Assembly (NCBI GenBank): GCA_963705255.1
Contig: OY970061.1
Span: forward strand, 736,001 to 800,000
DNA length: 64,000 nucleotides
Direction of reading: 5' to 3'
From: an uncultured Methanoregulaceae archaeon
Lineage (GTDB): Archaea; Halobacteriota; Methanomicrobia; Methanomicrobiales; Methanospirillaceae
Position numbers and translations under genes: made by a program. The notes below the pieces were generated by a model. It ran no database searches and was not told the origin of the DNA. It saw nothing but the letters and a program-made list of their open reading frames with translations. The first letter of the stretch is position 1. Each line of letters starts with the position of its first letter. Positions 40,792-50,275 of this stretch are shown piece by piece.

Positions 40792-41574
40792 ATGACCATG
40801 GATTTTTTTTCTGCATGTGACCAGATGGCCGAACTGGTGGAAGAGAATATCCGGGACCTCGTCGGCAACCCCCGGGGCGGGGAGACGCTGAAGATCGGTG
40901 CAGACCTGACCCCGACGAAGGTGATCGACCAGGTTGCTGAGGACCAGGTCATCGGTTTCCTGCGGGAGAATCCCCTTTGTTCGCTCCTCATCAGCGAAGA
41001 AGCAGGCAAAGTGGAGTTTGACGGCGATGAAGGAACCCTGTTTCTTGATCCTGTCGATGGTACGTTCAATGCCGTGGCCGGGATCCCGTTTTATGCGCTC
41101 TCCATCGCATATGGCCATGGGAGTACCATCCAGAAAGCGTTCGTCCGGAACCTCTCAAGCGGAGAGACGTTCACTGCGGAAAAAGGAAGATATGCGCGTT
41201 GTGACGACAAGCCTATCCGGGTATCGGACGTCTCCAGTCTCGATGCCTGTGCCATGAGCGTCTATGGCAGGAAATTTGACCCGACCCGGGTGATGCAGCT
41301 CGGCCAGAAGATCCGGCGCTGGCGCCTTCTCGGGGCATCGGCGCTCGAACTCTGTTACGTAGGGTGCGGGAGAATCGACGGGTTCATCGATCTCCGCGGG
41401 ACGCTGAGGGTCACGGATGCCGCAGCCGGCATGCTCGTCTGTACTGAAGCGGGCGGCAAGGTCACGGATCTCAACGGGAAGGCGATTCGCTTCCCCAATG
41501 AAGTCACGGTCGGCCGCTGCATCGTCGCTACCAACGGGGTTCTCCACCACAAAGTAGTCGAATATCTGAGGTGA
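40792..41574 (+). CDS. suhB: Bifunctional fructose-1,6-bisphosphatase/inositol monophosphatase
   Basis: ISEE, LDPVDGT.N, R.LG..ALE and DAAAG motifs. Confidence 0.92.
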   Translation: MTMDFFSACDQMAELVEENIRDLVGNPRGGETLKIGADLTPTKVIDQVAEDQVIGFLRENPLCSLLISEEAGKVEFDGDEGTLFLDPVDGTFNAVAGIPFYALSIAYGHGSTIQKAFVRNLSSGETFTAEKGRYARCDDKPIRVSDVSSLDACAMSVYGRKFDPTRVMQLGQKIRRWRLLGASALELCYVGCGRIDGFIDLRGTLRVTDAAAGMLVCTEAGGKVTDLNGKAIRFPNEVTVGRCIVATNGVLHHKVVEYLR

Positions 41575-41578
41575 TGCC

Positions 41579-42392
41579 ATGAAGGTGCTCATCGTTTCAC
41601 GGATTGACAACCGGGATGCGCTTGCATTTGCCGGAAAGATACAGTCTGTCCTGGAAAAGGAAGGATGCGATGCCCTGTTTGACCAGGATACTGCAGCTGC
41701 CCTGGGGACCGGGGGAAGATCCCTTGCCAGTACGGATGCAGATGCAGTCATTGTCGTCGGGGGGGACGGCACCATCCTGCGGACGATCCAGGAGATGCAC
41801 CGGCCTGCACCGGTCCTCGGGATAAACTGGGGGGAGGTCGGGTTCCTTGCAGACCTCGAACCCTCTGAAGCCATCGCGTTCGTCCGGAAGCTTCCGGGGG
41901 GTTTTACCGTCGAGGAGCGGATGAGGATCTCGCTGATAAAAGACGGCGACTGCCTCGGCGTTGCGTTGAATGAAGCCCTGATAGTCACGACCCGGCCTGC
42001 AAAGATGCTGCGGTTCTCGATCGATGTTGACGGGATGACGGCCGAGGAGTTCCGGGCCGATGGCCTGTTGATCAGCACGCCCACCGGTTCGACCGCCTAC
42101 GCGATGAGCGCCGGGGGACCCATTATCGATCCCCGGATCCAGGGCTTTCTTCTCGTACCCCTGGCACCGTACATGCTCTCGTCCCGCCCCCACCTCATAA
42201 GCAGTGACCGGAGTCCTCCGGGTACGGCTTGAGAGTACCAAGCCCGCAAACCTGGTGATAGACGGGCAGCAGACCATTGAACTGGGAACATCGAGTACCA
42301 TCGAAGTGAGGAGGTCCGACCATCCCGCCCGGTTTGTTGATGTGCAGCGGAACTTCTTTGAGAAGGTGGACAACAAACTTCGCAAGCTGTAA
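41579..42392 (+). CDS. nadK: NAD(+) kinase, frameshifted at ~42210
   Basis: GGDGT, LNE, ADG and [13 protein letters not shown] motifs; C-terminus in ORF 42204-42392. Confidence 0.93.
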
Positions 42393-42526
42393 ATGCCAGG
42401 CCGGTCTCCCGACCGTTCCGGCAGGGGACCGCCGATGCCTGTTTTTGCAAAACCCTGGCTGCCCGGCAGACGAGCGGTATATCCATTATCAAAATAGAAG
42501 GCTTATCTTGAAAGCCGATCTACTAC

Positions 42527-43045
42527 ATGACAGGTGGTTTCGTGCAGATCTCCATGAAACTCGAGATGAAGGATTCCCCGGGACAGCTGGTCGCTGCCCT
42601 CAAGCCCATATCCGAGGTGGGAGGAAACATAATCGCCGTCATCCACCAGCGCGAACCGGATCTGGACGGAGATATGCTCAACGTCCAGATCGTGCTCGAG
42701 CTGCCGGAAGGGAGGCTCGAAAACCTTGTTGTCCTCCTCCAGGAACAGGGTGTCCATATCCAGCGGATCGGCGAGGAACGCCTCCTCTATAAAAGGACGG
42801 TCATCATGATCGGTCACCTCATGCACACCGATCTCTCGGATACCGTCGACCAGATCGATACGACCGGGTTTGCCGAAGTGAGCGAACTCGCCATGAGCAT
42901 GCCTGCAGTCAATGCACGTTCGTCATCGAGGATCACGATCAAGGCGGCAAGCAAGAACGACATGGAGGCTGCAATTGCCATCCTGAGGCGGGTCTCAGAA
43001 CAGAAATCCCTGCTCCTCATTGAGCCGCTGGAGGAGATCGCGTGA
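42527..43045 (+). CDS. ACT-domain protein coupled to homoserine dehydrogenase
   Basis: D.PGQL...L.PI...GGNII..IH ACT motif; overlaps the hom start. Confidence 0.88.
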   Translation: MTGGFVQISMKLEMKDSPGQLVAALKPISEVGGNIIAVIHQREPDLDGDMLNVQIVLELPEGRLENLVVLLQEQGVHIQRIGEERLLYKRTVIMIGHLMHTDLSDTVDQIDTTGFAEVSELAMSMPAVNARSSSRITIKAASKNDMEAAIAILRRVSEQKSLLLIEPLEEIA

Positions 43046-44028
43046 AGGTTGCGCTGATCGGGCTGGGTTCGGTTGGCAGGGGCGTTGCCGGAATGATAGC
43101 AAAAAAAGACCTCGGCATCACCATAACGGGTATCGCCGACTCCCGGAGCGGGCTTATCGATGCCGGTGGTGTCGATATTCCGGCTCTCCTCGAGAGAAAG
43201 AAAGAAAGCGGCTTCTGCGGCGACCGCACAATTTCTTCGGCCGACGTGGTCAAAAAAGCTGACTACGATGCGCTCATCGAAGTGACCCCGACCGATGCGC
43301 TCTCCGGCGAACCCGCGACCGGCTATATCCGCTCTGCCATCTCCCGGAAAAAACATGTCGTCACATCAAATAAGGGCCCCATCTCCCTGTCCCTGAAAGA
43401 GCTGAGGATGGCGGCCCGCAAAAACGGTGTCGCCCTCCGGTACGAGGCCACGGTTGCCGGCGCGATCCCGATCATGCACACCCTGGAAGACGGGCTTGCC
43501 GGTAACGAGATCCTCGCCCTGTACGGTGTTCTTAACGGTACCTGCAACTTCATCCTCACCCGCATGGCTGCGGAAGGCCTCACGTATGAACAGGCCCTCA
43601 TGGAAGCCCGGGAGATGGGGTATGCAGAAGCAGATCCGACTTATGATGTCCAGGGTATAGATGCGGCGATCAAACTGGTGATACTTGCAAATACGATCTG
43701 GGGCAACGGGGTGAAACTGGACGATGTTGACCGCACCGGCATCGACCTCCTGACTGCGGATGCACTCCGCCTGGCCGAGGATGAAGGCTGCACCATACGG
43801 CTGATTGCCGAAGCCATTCCCCGGAAAAAGATCCTGCGGGTCTCTCCGCGCATCATCGGGAAAAACCATCCGCTCGTCGTAGACGGCACCCTGAACGCGC
43901 TGACCCTTGAGACCGATATGGCCAGGGAGATCACCCTCATCGGAAGGGGCGCGGGGTCTGTCGAGACGGCGAGTGCCATCATCGGCGATCTCCTCTATAT
44001 CCGCGACCGTTATGTCCAGCGTGCTTGA
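43042..44028 (+). CDS. hom: Homoserine dehydrogenase
   Basis: GLGSVG, VVTSNKG, YEATVAG, NGTCNFIL, GYAEADP and GRGAG motifs. Confidence 0.96.
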   Translation: MKVALIGLGSVGRGVAGMIAKKDLGITITGIADSRSGLIDAGGVDIPALLERKKESGFCGDRTISSADVVKKADYDALIEVTPTDALSGEPATGYIRSAISRKKHVVTSNKGPISLSLKELRMAARKNGVALRYEATVAGAIPIMHTLEDGLAGNEILALYGVLNGTCNFILTRMAAEGLTYEQALMEAREMGYAEADPTYDVQGIDAAIKLVILANTIWGNGVKLDDVDRTGIDLLTADALRLAEDEGCTIRLIAEAIPRKKILRVSPRIIGKNHPLVVDGTLNALTLETDMAREITLIGRGAGSVETASAIIGDLLYIRDRYVQRA

Positions 44029-45139
44029 ACACCGGCGCACCTACCTGCGGCTCATGCGCCAGTACACGCTTGAAAGCGGGTTTTTTACGGTCACGGATAT
44101 CCAGAAAGCAGCCGGGATACCCCGGAGTACCGCACAAGACTGGGTAAACCGCCTGGTGCAGGAAGGATGCGTCCTTTTAAAGGACGGGAAGAGGGGGAGG
44201 AACGCGGCCCGGTTTGCAGCGATCAGCGCGATGCCCTCCAGCACCTGCCGGAGGATATTTACCACGGTTGACGGGGACAGCGTGGGGATCTACCATGACT
44301 GCATGAGCGGTGCATGCGCGGCGTTCTGCGGGTATCATCATGCCCTTGCCGGAGGGGTCATTGAACGTGTCCAGCGGGACGGGACACTCCTCCGGGAGAC
44401 TGCCCGGCTCGGCTCGGATGAAATTTCCGTAGGCCTGTCACCGCTCCCGGCGGTCGGTGTCTGCGGAGTGGACCGGGAAGACGGTACAATTGTCCAGCAT
44501 ATCCGCTGCATCGGCGGACCTGCATACTCCCTCTCGGATATGATGGCGCGGGCGGAAGGGGTGGTCCGGGTCGAGTCGGAGCACGGGCCGCAGATCGTTG
44601 AAGGAAAAGTCTGGACCCGGGCACTGATGCAGGTGACGATCGGCATTGATGACACCGATACCCGCGACGGGGGGGCCACGTTTGCCCTGGCCCTGGCCCT
44701 CCTCAGTTATGTCAGCAGGCAGAAGGGTGTCATTCCCATAAGCCACCATGTCGTGATGCTCAACCCGGACGTTTACTCCAAGACTGCCGGAAATTCAGCC
44801 AGCTATATTGAGATTGCCGTCACACCGGACTCCTACACCCGGCTCCCTGAAAAGATCCGCCGGTTTATTGCCGACGAGTCGCTTTCCAACGAGTGGGGGA
44901 TAGCCATCAGGACCGGGCTCGGTCTTCCCGAAGGCCTGAGGGATTATGGCAGGATGGCCAGGCAGCAGGTCATCGGGCGTGCAATTGCCGAGGTAACTGC
45001 AGAGAGGTTTGGCATCGTGATGTACGGAGGCAACGGGGTGATCGGGGCACTGGGGGCTGTCGCTCTTGCAGGTCTTCCGAACGAGATCCTCCTTGACCCG
45101 AAAAAGAACAATTTCGCAGAACAGGTTACGGCCCGGTAA
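44012..45139 (+). CDS. Winged-HTH protein fused to a methanogenesis-marker-11/TiaS-N-like domain
   Basis: HTH (GIPRSTAQDWVNRL), Cys/His motif, GIDDTDT...GAT, KT..N and G.IGA motifs. Confidence 0.78.
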   Translation: MSSVLEHRRTYLRLMRQYTLESGFFTVTDIQKAAGIPRSTAQDWVNRLVQEGCVLLKDGKRGRNAARFAAISAMPSSTCRRIFTTVDGDSVGIYHDCMSGACAAFCGYHHALAGGVIERVQRDGTLLRETARLGSDEISVGLSPLPAVGVCGVDREDGTIVQHIRCIGGPAYSLSDMMARAEGVVRVESEHGPQIVEGKVWTRALMQVTIGIDDTDTRDGGATFALALALLSYVSRQKGVIPISHHVVMLNPDVYSKTAGNSASYIEIAVTPDSYTRLPEKIRRFIADESLSNEWGIAIRTGLGLPEGLRDYGRMARQQVIGRAIAEVTAERFGIVMYGGNGVIGALGAVALAGLPNEILLDPKKNNFAEQVTAR

Positions 45140-45782
45140 AATCCCCGGCAATCAGCCTGCACAACCGGTTGCTTTCAGGCAGGTACCGGGGTGTTTCACG
45201 GCATATCCTGTCCTGCTGGTGCCGGGAAAGGCCGCGGGACCAGTCGTTTATCATACTCTCCGTCAGTTCCAGGTGGAACTGCAGCCCGAGGGCATTCTTT
45301 ATCCGGAATGCCTGGTTCCTGACCGCATCACCGGAGGCAAGGAGCTTCCCTCCATAAGGGATTTCAAACGTCTCACCATGGAGCTGGAACACGGGGAATA
45401 TCCCGGGGAACCGTGCAAATACCCCGTCCCCGTCATCTTCCTTTCTCAGGGAACGCCAGCCGATCTCCGGGACGAACCGGTAGACTTTTGCGCCGTGAGC
45501 TGACGCAATGAGCTGGGCCCCAAGGCATATGCCCAGGACCTTCTGCTTCTTTTTTACGGATGTGCGGATCAGTTCTTTCTCCTGCTTCAGCCAGGGGTAC
45601 TCGCGTTCGTCGTTCACGCTCATCGGGCCCCCGAGAAAGATGAGATGGGTCGCATCACCGGGCACGACTTCGTTGGTCTCGAAGAGATCGTGATATGCAA
45701 AGGGTATGCCCCGTTCGGCAAAGACCGTCTCAAGGTATCCCAGCGGCTCACTGGGCGCATGGCGGAACGCTGCTATTTTCAT
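45126..45782 (-). CDS. Class I glutamine amidotransferase
   Basis: LGGPMSV, GICLGAQ and GLQFHLE catalytic-triad motifs. Confidence 0.93.
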   Translation of the reverse strand: MKIAAFRHAPSEPLGYLETVFAERGIPFAYHDLFETNEVVPGDATHLIFLGGPMSVNDEREYPWLKQEKELIRTSVKKKQKVLGICLGAQLIASAHGAKVYRFVPEIGWRSLRKEDDGDGVFARFPGIFPVFQLHGETFEIPYGGKLLASGDAVRNQAFRIKNALGLQFHLELTESMINDWSRGLSRHQQDRICRETPRYLPESNRLCRLIAGDFTGP

Positions 45783-46046
45783 GGTAGTTCAGGAGAATTT
45801 TTTCCTTTCCCGGTACAAATGGTTATGGGACAGGATCCTAGTACCTGAACGCAGGGAAATATTTTATATAAAAAAATAATATAACCTGCCCGGTTTGGGC
45901 TCATGACTTCGTTCAAGCGGGTATTTAGATTTACAACAACTACAATCCTTGGAATTCAAATCGCAATATTTATATACTAATATTGAAGATAATCAATTCA
46001 TACAGTGTCATGTCCAGCGTTGGGCATTATCCAGGTGTTTGAAACT

Positions 46047-46445
46047 ATGGCGTTTACCAAGAAGAATGAAGAGGCAGTATCACCGGTCATTGGTGTGATC
46101 CTGATGGTCGCAATCACGGTGATCCTTGCGGCGGTCATCGCCGCGTTCGTGTTTGGAATGGCAGGGAACATCTCGAAGACCAAGGTTGTTGCAGTGACGG
46201 GACAGCGTGTTAATGCTAATACTATCTCCGTTACTTTCCAAGGAGGACAGGATGCAAGCACCCTTGTAAGCATCTGCTGGACAGTAGGGGGAAATAATGC
46301 AGCCATATGGACTACCTCTGGCACTCAGACCTCCATACCTGTGGGGAATACATCTACAATCACGGCTCCAACCTCCAGTCACGTTATTGGTATTGGAACA
46401 TTTACGGATGGTTCAACTCAGGTCATTTATGATTCAACACTCTAA
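46047..46445 (+). CDS. Archaeal type IV pilin (DUF1628/Pilin_N)
   Basis: EEA|VSPVIGVILMVAITVILAAVIAAFVFG class III signal peptide. Confidence 0.95.
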   Translation: MAFTKKNEEAVSPVIGVILMVAITVILAAVIAAFVFGMAGNISKTKVVAVTGQRVNANTISVTFQGGQDASTLVSICWTVGGNNAAIWTTSGTQTSIPVGNTSTITAPTSSHVIGIGTFTDGSTQVIYDSTL

Positions 46446-46613
46446 TCCTTTTTTTCGATTTTAAGCATATCCAATTTATTGAATTATCCTTCATTCCCGG
46501 ATTTTCGCAGGACTGGTATATTTTGCAGATGCCTGCAGAATGACGACTTTTCCCGGGATCGGCCGGGAAAGAGGTCCCCGGATCCATTCGCACTGCAGGA
46601 GAGGAGAGTTGAA

Positions 46614-46653
46614 CCGCCGCGGGGGCGCCCCGTCGGGGGCGGCGGCGTTCATC
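46614..46653 (-). repeat. GC-rich repeat motif A (40 bp)
   Basis: Exact reverse complement of 57636-57675. Confidence 0.92.
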
Positions 46654-46712
46654 GCAAGGGCAAAAGAGAGACGAACTTAAGGAAAAACCCTTTTTTGATA
46701 CGACATGAACCA

Positions 46713-47036
46713 GTGCATTATTGCACCATTCATATTTTTGAGTGGGGGGTCACCGCCCAACCCCCCCTCCATTTTATTTTCAAAACATATCGACCCCCCC
46801 CCCTTTGGCTGGATCCGACCCCCCTGATCAGAATTGAGTAGCCTTAAAGAACGGTCATTGCGTCTGAAACCTGATGCAGTGGACAGGCCCGGGATCCGTG
46901 CATTATTGCACAAATCTCATTTTTGAGTGGGGGGGTCACCCCCCGACCCCCCTCCGTTTTATTTTCAAAACATGTTGACCCCCCTACCATCCGGAAACTG
47001 AAGGGGGGTGACCCCCTCACCCCCTGCTCAAAAATT
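46713..47036. repeat. Two ~88-bp direct repeats plus a partial inverted copy
   Basis: GTGCATTATTGCAC...TTTTTGAGTGGGGGGTCACC...CCCCTCC.TTTTATTTTCAAAACAT at 46713 and 46898; inverted partial copy at ~47003-47036. Confidence 0.85.
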
Positions 47037-47321
47037 TTCAACCGATCCCTGCCATACGGACCTGGGCAGCAACGCCGGACAAAACAAAAAGTTGTTAGTT
47101 GTACATCCGATTGTAGGATAATTATCCGATTATAGCCAGACTAACTAACACCTTTTGATCGCGATTGAAAATTTTTTACCGCACTTTGCCATTCACAAGA
47201 TCAACCGGATCAGGTCAAATTTTTCGGGTATGGGCCTGACAAAGGCATTCGTGGTATGTGGCATTGTGATGTTAGCCGGCACTCATTTCGATAGCCTCAA
47301 TACCCATCCAATAAAATTCCT

Positions 47322-47855
47322 ATGATACGAATGACGCCCCGGTTTAGGCTCCCTCTTATAGTCCAATGCCTTCTCTTCCTCATCCCCATCAATATCTACG
47401 TTTTGGGGGATTGGCTCGCTGCCGGCGTGCAATGGATCTTTTTCCGGTACCAGCAGAGTTATCTTGGGAACAGTTTCCTTCTTTTTACCAAAGATCTCTA
47501 TTACATTCAGGAAGGTATACTCCAGGGGAGAAGTGCAGTTGCATCGGAGGTGGCGTTTGCTGCCGCATTCTGTATGGTGCTTGCGGTTCTCCTTCTCCTG
47601 AATGCATTCGCGGTCGAATCCGGAAAATGGGTAACAGCAGCAGCCATTGTTTCCATGGGTGGGGGATGTCTTTACCTGATTGCCGATATGATCCAGTATG
47701 GAGTCTTTTTCCAGGGCCCAGCCGGGTTCACGATCCCGGTCGGAGTGCCGGCCATTCTGGTGTGCGGGTGGTGGATGTACAGGATGAAGTTCCCGGATAC
47801 CGGCACGGAAAGTCCGGATGAAATACAATGTATCGATGAAGACGAAAATCCATAA
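47322..47855 (+). CDS. Hypothetical multi-TM membrane protein
   Basis: IPINIY...QW..FRYQ...D.IQYG...P.GF..PVG.P; homologous to the N-terminus of 48146-49909. Confidence 0.8.
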   Translation: MIRMTPRFRLPLIVQCLLFLIPINIYVLGDWLAAGVQWIFFRYQQSYLGNSFLLFTKDLYYIQEGILQGRSAVASEVAFAAAFCMVLAVLLLLNAFAVESGKWVTAAAIVSMGGGCLYLIADMIQYGVFFQGPAGFTIPVGVPAILVCGWWMYRMKFPDTGTESPDEIQCIDEDENP

Positions 47856-47947
47856 ATTTTTTTTCCATAGATATTGTATTCCGTCAGGCTCAATATCCCG
47901 TTCATGCAATACTGATTCCTGAATGACATGGCCCGATTCAAAATCCC

Positions 47948-48085
47948 ATGATCATTCCGAGGCTGCTCCTTGTCATCCCCATGAACATGTATCGTATCGG
48001 TGAGGCAATAGGATCAGGCATCCACTGACTCATTTTCCGCTTTGACAGCAGGTACATAAGGGACGGTTTTGTTTCACTGCCAAAA
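47948..48085 (+). pseudogene. Truncated relic of the same membrane domain
   Basis: MIIPRLLLVIPMNMYRIGEAIGSGIH*LIFRF; TGA at 48026 replaces the conserved Trp. Confidence 0.65.
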
Positions 48086-48145
48086 AACCAACTCTCTCTT
48101 CGACAATCTCAAGAAGAATGCGGTCAAACCATAGTATCGTTCACC

Positions 48146-49909
48146 ATGGCGAAGTACCGGAATCCCCTCCTCCTCCTGCCGTACCTCTGTCTCATCATCC
48201 CGCTGAACATCTACGTGGCCGGCAGCCAGGTGGGGGCCGTCATGCAATGGGCATTGTTCCGGTACCAGCAGATCCCCGGCGCTGGTGCAGGTCTTGTCCC
48301 ATTCACCCGGGATATCGCGCTCCTCCTTGCCGGGGCGTTCGCAGGCTGGAGCGCCTTGGGAGTACTGGTCTGGGTTTCCGCCGTATGTCTCCTGGCAGGG
48401 TCATTCATGCTCACCCTTACCGGGCTGCTGGCACGGGACAGCAAAAATACGAAGACAGCTGCACTCCTTTTTATCGGTTCGGCCCTCCTTTTCCTTGTCT
48501 CGGATGTTATCCAGTACGGGGTGACCCTGCAGAGCCCTTACGGGTTCTGCGTGCCGGTCGGTATCCCCCTCATCCTTGTTTCAGGATGGTGGGCGTACCG
48601 CTCCGATCCCTTCCCGGAGATCGTTTCCGGACCAGAAAAGAAGGCCCGCGTTGATGAACCGGTCCGGATTTTTTCCATCACGCTCCCCGGGATAGACCGG
48701 GGCACCCTGAAAAATGACCTCCTCACCCTCGTCCTGGTCTCCCTTATCGTCAAAATGCTGGTACTGACTTCTGCACTGGCGACCCTTCTCTCCATCCTTC
48801 CCGGGGACATGACGCTGTATTACTGGTATGCACATTCCATCATCCTCGGGAAGATACCCTATATCAGTTTCAATGCTGAGTACCCGCAGCTCTTTTTTGT
48901 CCCGGTCGTGCTGGCGATCCTCCCGTTCATGAGCAATCCCGGTTTTATCTCCTACCTGTTCTCATTCGGGGCAATAACCATTGCGTTCGATATCGCCACC
49001 CTGGTATGCGTGTACGTGCTTGCAGCGAAATTTTTCGGCCAGGAGAAAGCATTCCTCTCCGGTCTGCTCTATGCGACGGCCATTTCCGTCGCATTTTTCA
49101 TTCCCATCGTGTATGATATCATCCCCACCTTCTTCCTGGTCTTTTCGCTCTGCTGTTTCATCTATGGCAGGGACGTGACTGCGTATGTTTCAGCCGCGGT
49201 TGGCGTCCTGCTGAAATGGTTTCCGTTCGCCTGTTTCCCGTTTTTTTATCTCTCCACAAAAAAGAACAACCGGGAGTTGAACAGTTTCAGGACCGGGGTC
49301 ATCGTGACAATCCTCCTGGTTGCGGCATGCTCTGTCCCGTTCATACTGATAGATGCCGGGAAGTTTTTCAGGACATACATGTTCCATATCCTGAGGCCGT
49401 CCGAGGCCCACAGCTTCATCTACTATATGGATGCCGTATCGCTCTTTTTGATCAACCTGCAGCCGGTAAGTAAAATTTCCCTTTTCCTGTTCATCCTGGC
49501 TGAATGCGTCCTGGTGTACTGGTATTACCGGCACCTTGACGGGACTGCGCTGACCCTGACCTACGTCCTCTTCCTGAGCGTCTTTGCCTTCGTCCTGTTC
49601 AACAAGGTGCTGGCTACCTATTATATCATCTGGCTGACCCCGTTCCTCGCCCTGCTTCTGGCCCGGTCAACGAAACACATCCTCTTGTTTTATATAGTCC
49701 AGATCATCATGTTCCTGGAGACGCCGGTCCTTCTCGGGATCGTCTACACGCCGTACAAGGATTATTTCGTCATCGAAAATTCCATGCTGTCCGTATCCTT
49801 CCTGTTTTATACCGTCAAGTTCGCGATCTTCTTCATCCTGCTGTATGTTATCGTCCGGGACCTGCGCAGGCTCCAGAATCCCGGGGAACAAATGCATGCC
49901 CGGGTATAA
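48146..49909 (+). CDS. Membrane protein: duplicated TM domain fused to a GT-C (GT87/DUF2029-like) glycosyltransferase
   Basis: D...Y...G.IPY..F..EYP, YD..P, G...KWFP and YIIW..P motifs. Confidence 0.82.
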   Translation: MAKYRNPLLLLPYLCLIIPLNIYVAGSQVGAVMQWALFRYQQIPGAGAGLVPFTRDIALLLAGAFAGWSALGVLVWVSAVCLLAGSFMLTLTGLLARDSKNTKTAALLFIGSALLFLVSDVIQYGVTLQSPYGFCVPVGIPLILVSGWWAYRSDPFPEIVSGPEKKARVDEPVRIFSITLPGIDRGTLKNDLLTLVLVSLIVKMLVLTSALATLLSILPGDMTLYYWYAHSIILGKIPYISFNAEYPQLFFVPVVLAILPFMSNPGFISYLFSFGAITIAFDIATLVCVYVLAAKFFGQEKAFLSGLLYATAISVAFFIPIVYDIIPTFFLVFSLCCFIYGRDVTAYVSAAVGVLLKWFPFACFPFFYLSTKKNNRELNSFRTGVIVTILLVAACSVPFILIDAGKFFRTYMFHILRPSEAHSFIYYMDAVSLFLINLQPVSKISLFLFILAECVLVYWYYRHLDGTALTLTYVLFLSVFAFVLFNKVLATYYIIWLTPFLALLLARSTKHILLFYIVQIIMFLETPVLLGIVYTPYKDYFVIENSMLSVSFLFYTVKFAIFFILLYVIVRDLRRLQNPGEQMHARV

Positions 49910-50041
49910 TCGTGGCGGTGAAAAAACCGGTATGACAGGCCGAAAGGCAGGAAACCAGGCAGACTCCTGATGCCTGCACCGCCGGGTCAGGTGTCATTCG
50001 CTGAATGGAACGGGCTGACTGCTCCTGAACCGTAAAAACAA

Positions 50042-50126
50042 TGCGTGGAGCAGGATTCGAACCTGCGGACCCCTGCGGGAACGGACCCTAAATCCGTCGC
50101 CTTTGACCTGGCTCGGCAATCCACGC
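50042..50126 (-). tRNA. tRNA-Leu(TAG)
   Basis: GCGTGGA/TCCACGC acceptor stem, ACGGA-tttaggg-TCCGT anticodon arm, long variable arm, GTTCGAATC T-loop, discriminator A; CCA not encoded. Confidence 0.96.
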
Positions 50127-50275
50127 CCTGCGTCGAGGTACCCGGGCCGGCTTCCCAAGCCGGCCCCCGACCCGGCACCGCCGGCCGGGCCTGTTTCCCC
50201 CGTTCCGGTATATTGGTTCGGGTGCGATAAGAGCGTATCGCCGGTTCGCATTCCTGACCGGGCCGGGATCCCCGG

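Noticed and set aside
46450-50126. Genomic island integrated at the tRNA-Leu 3' end
   Set aside because: No integrase, and I saw no duplicated tRNA 3' fragment (att site).
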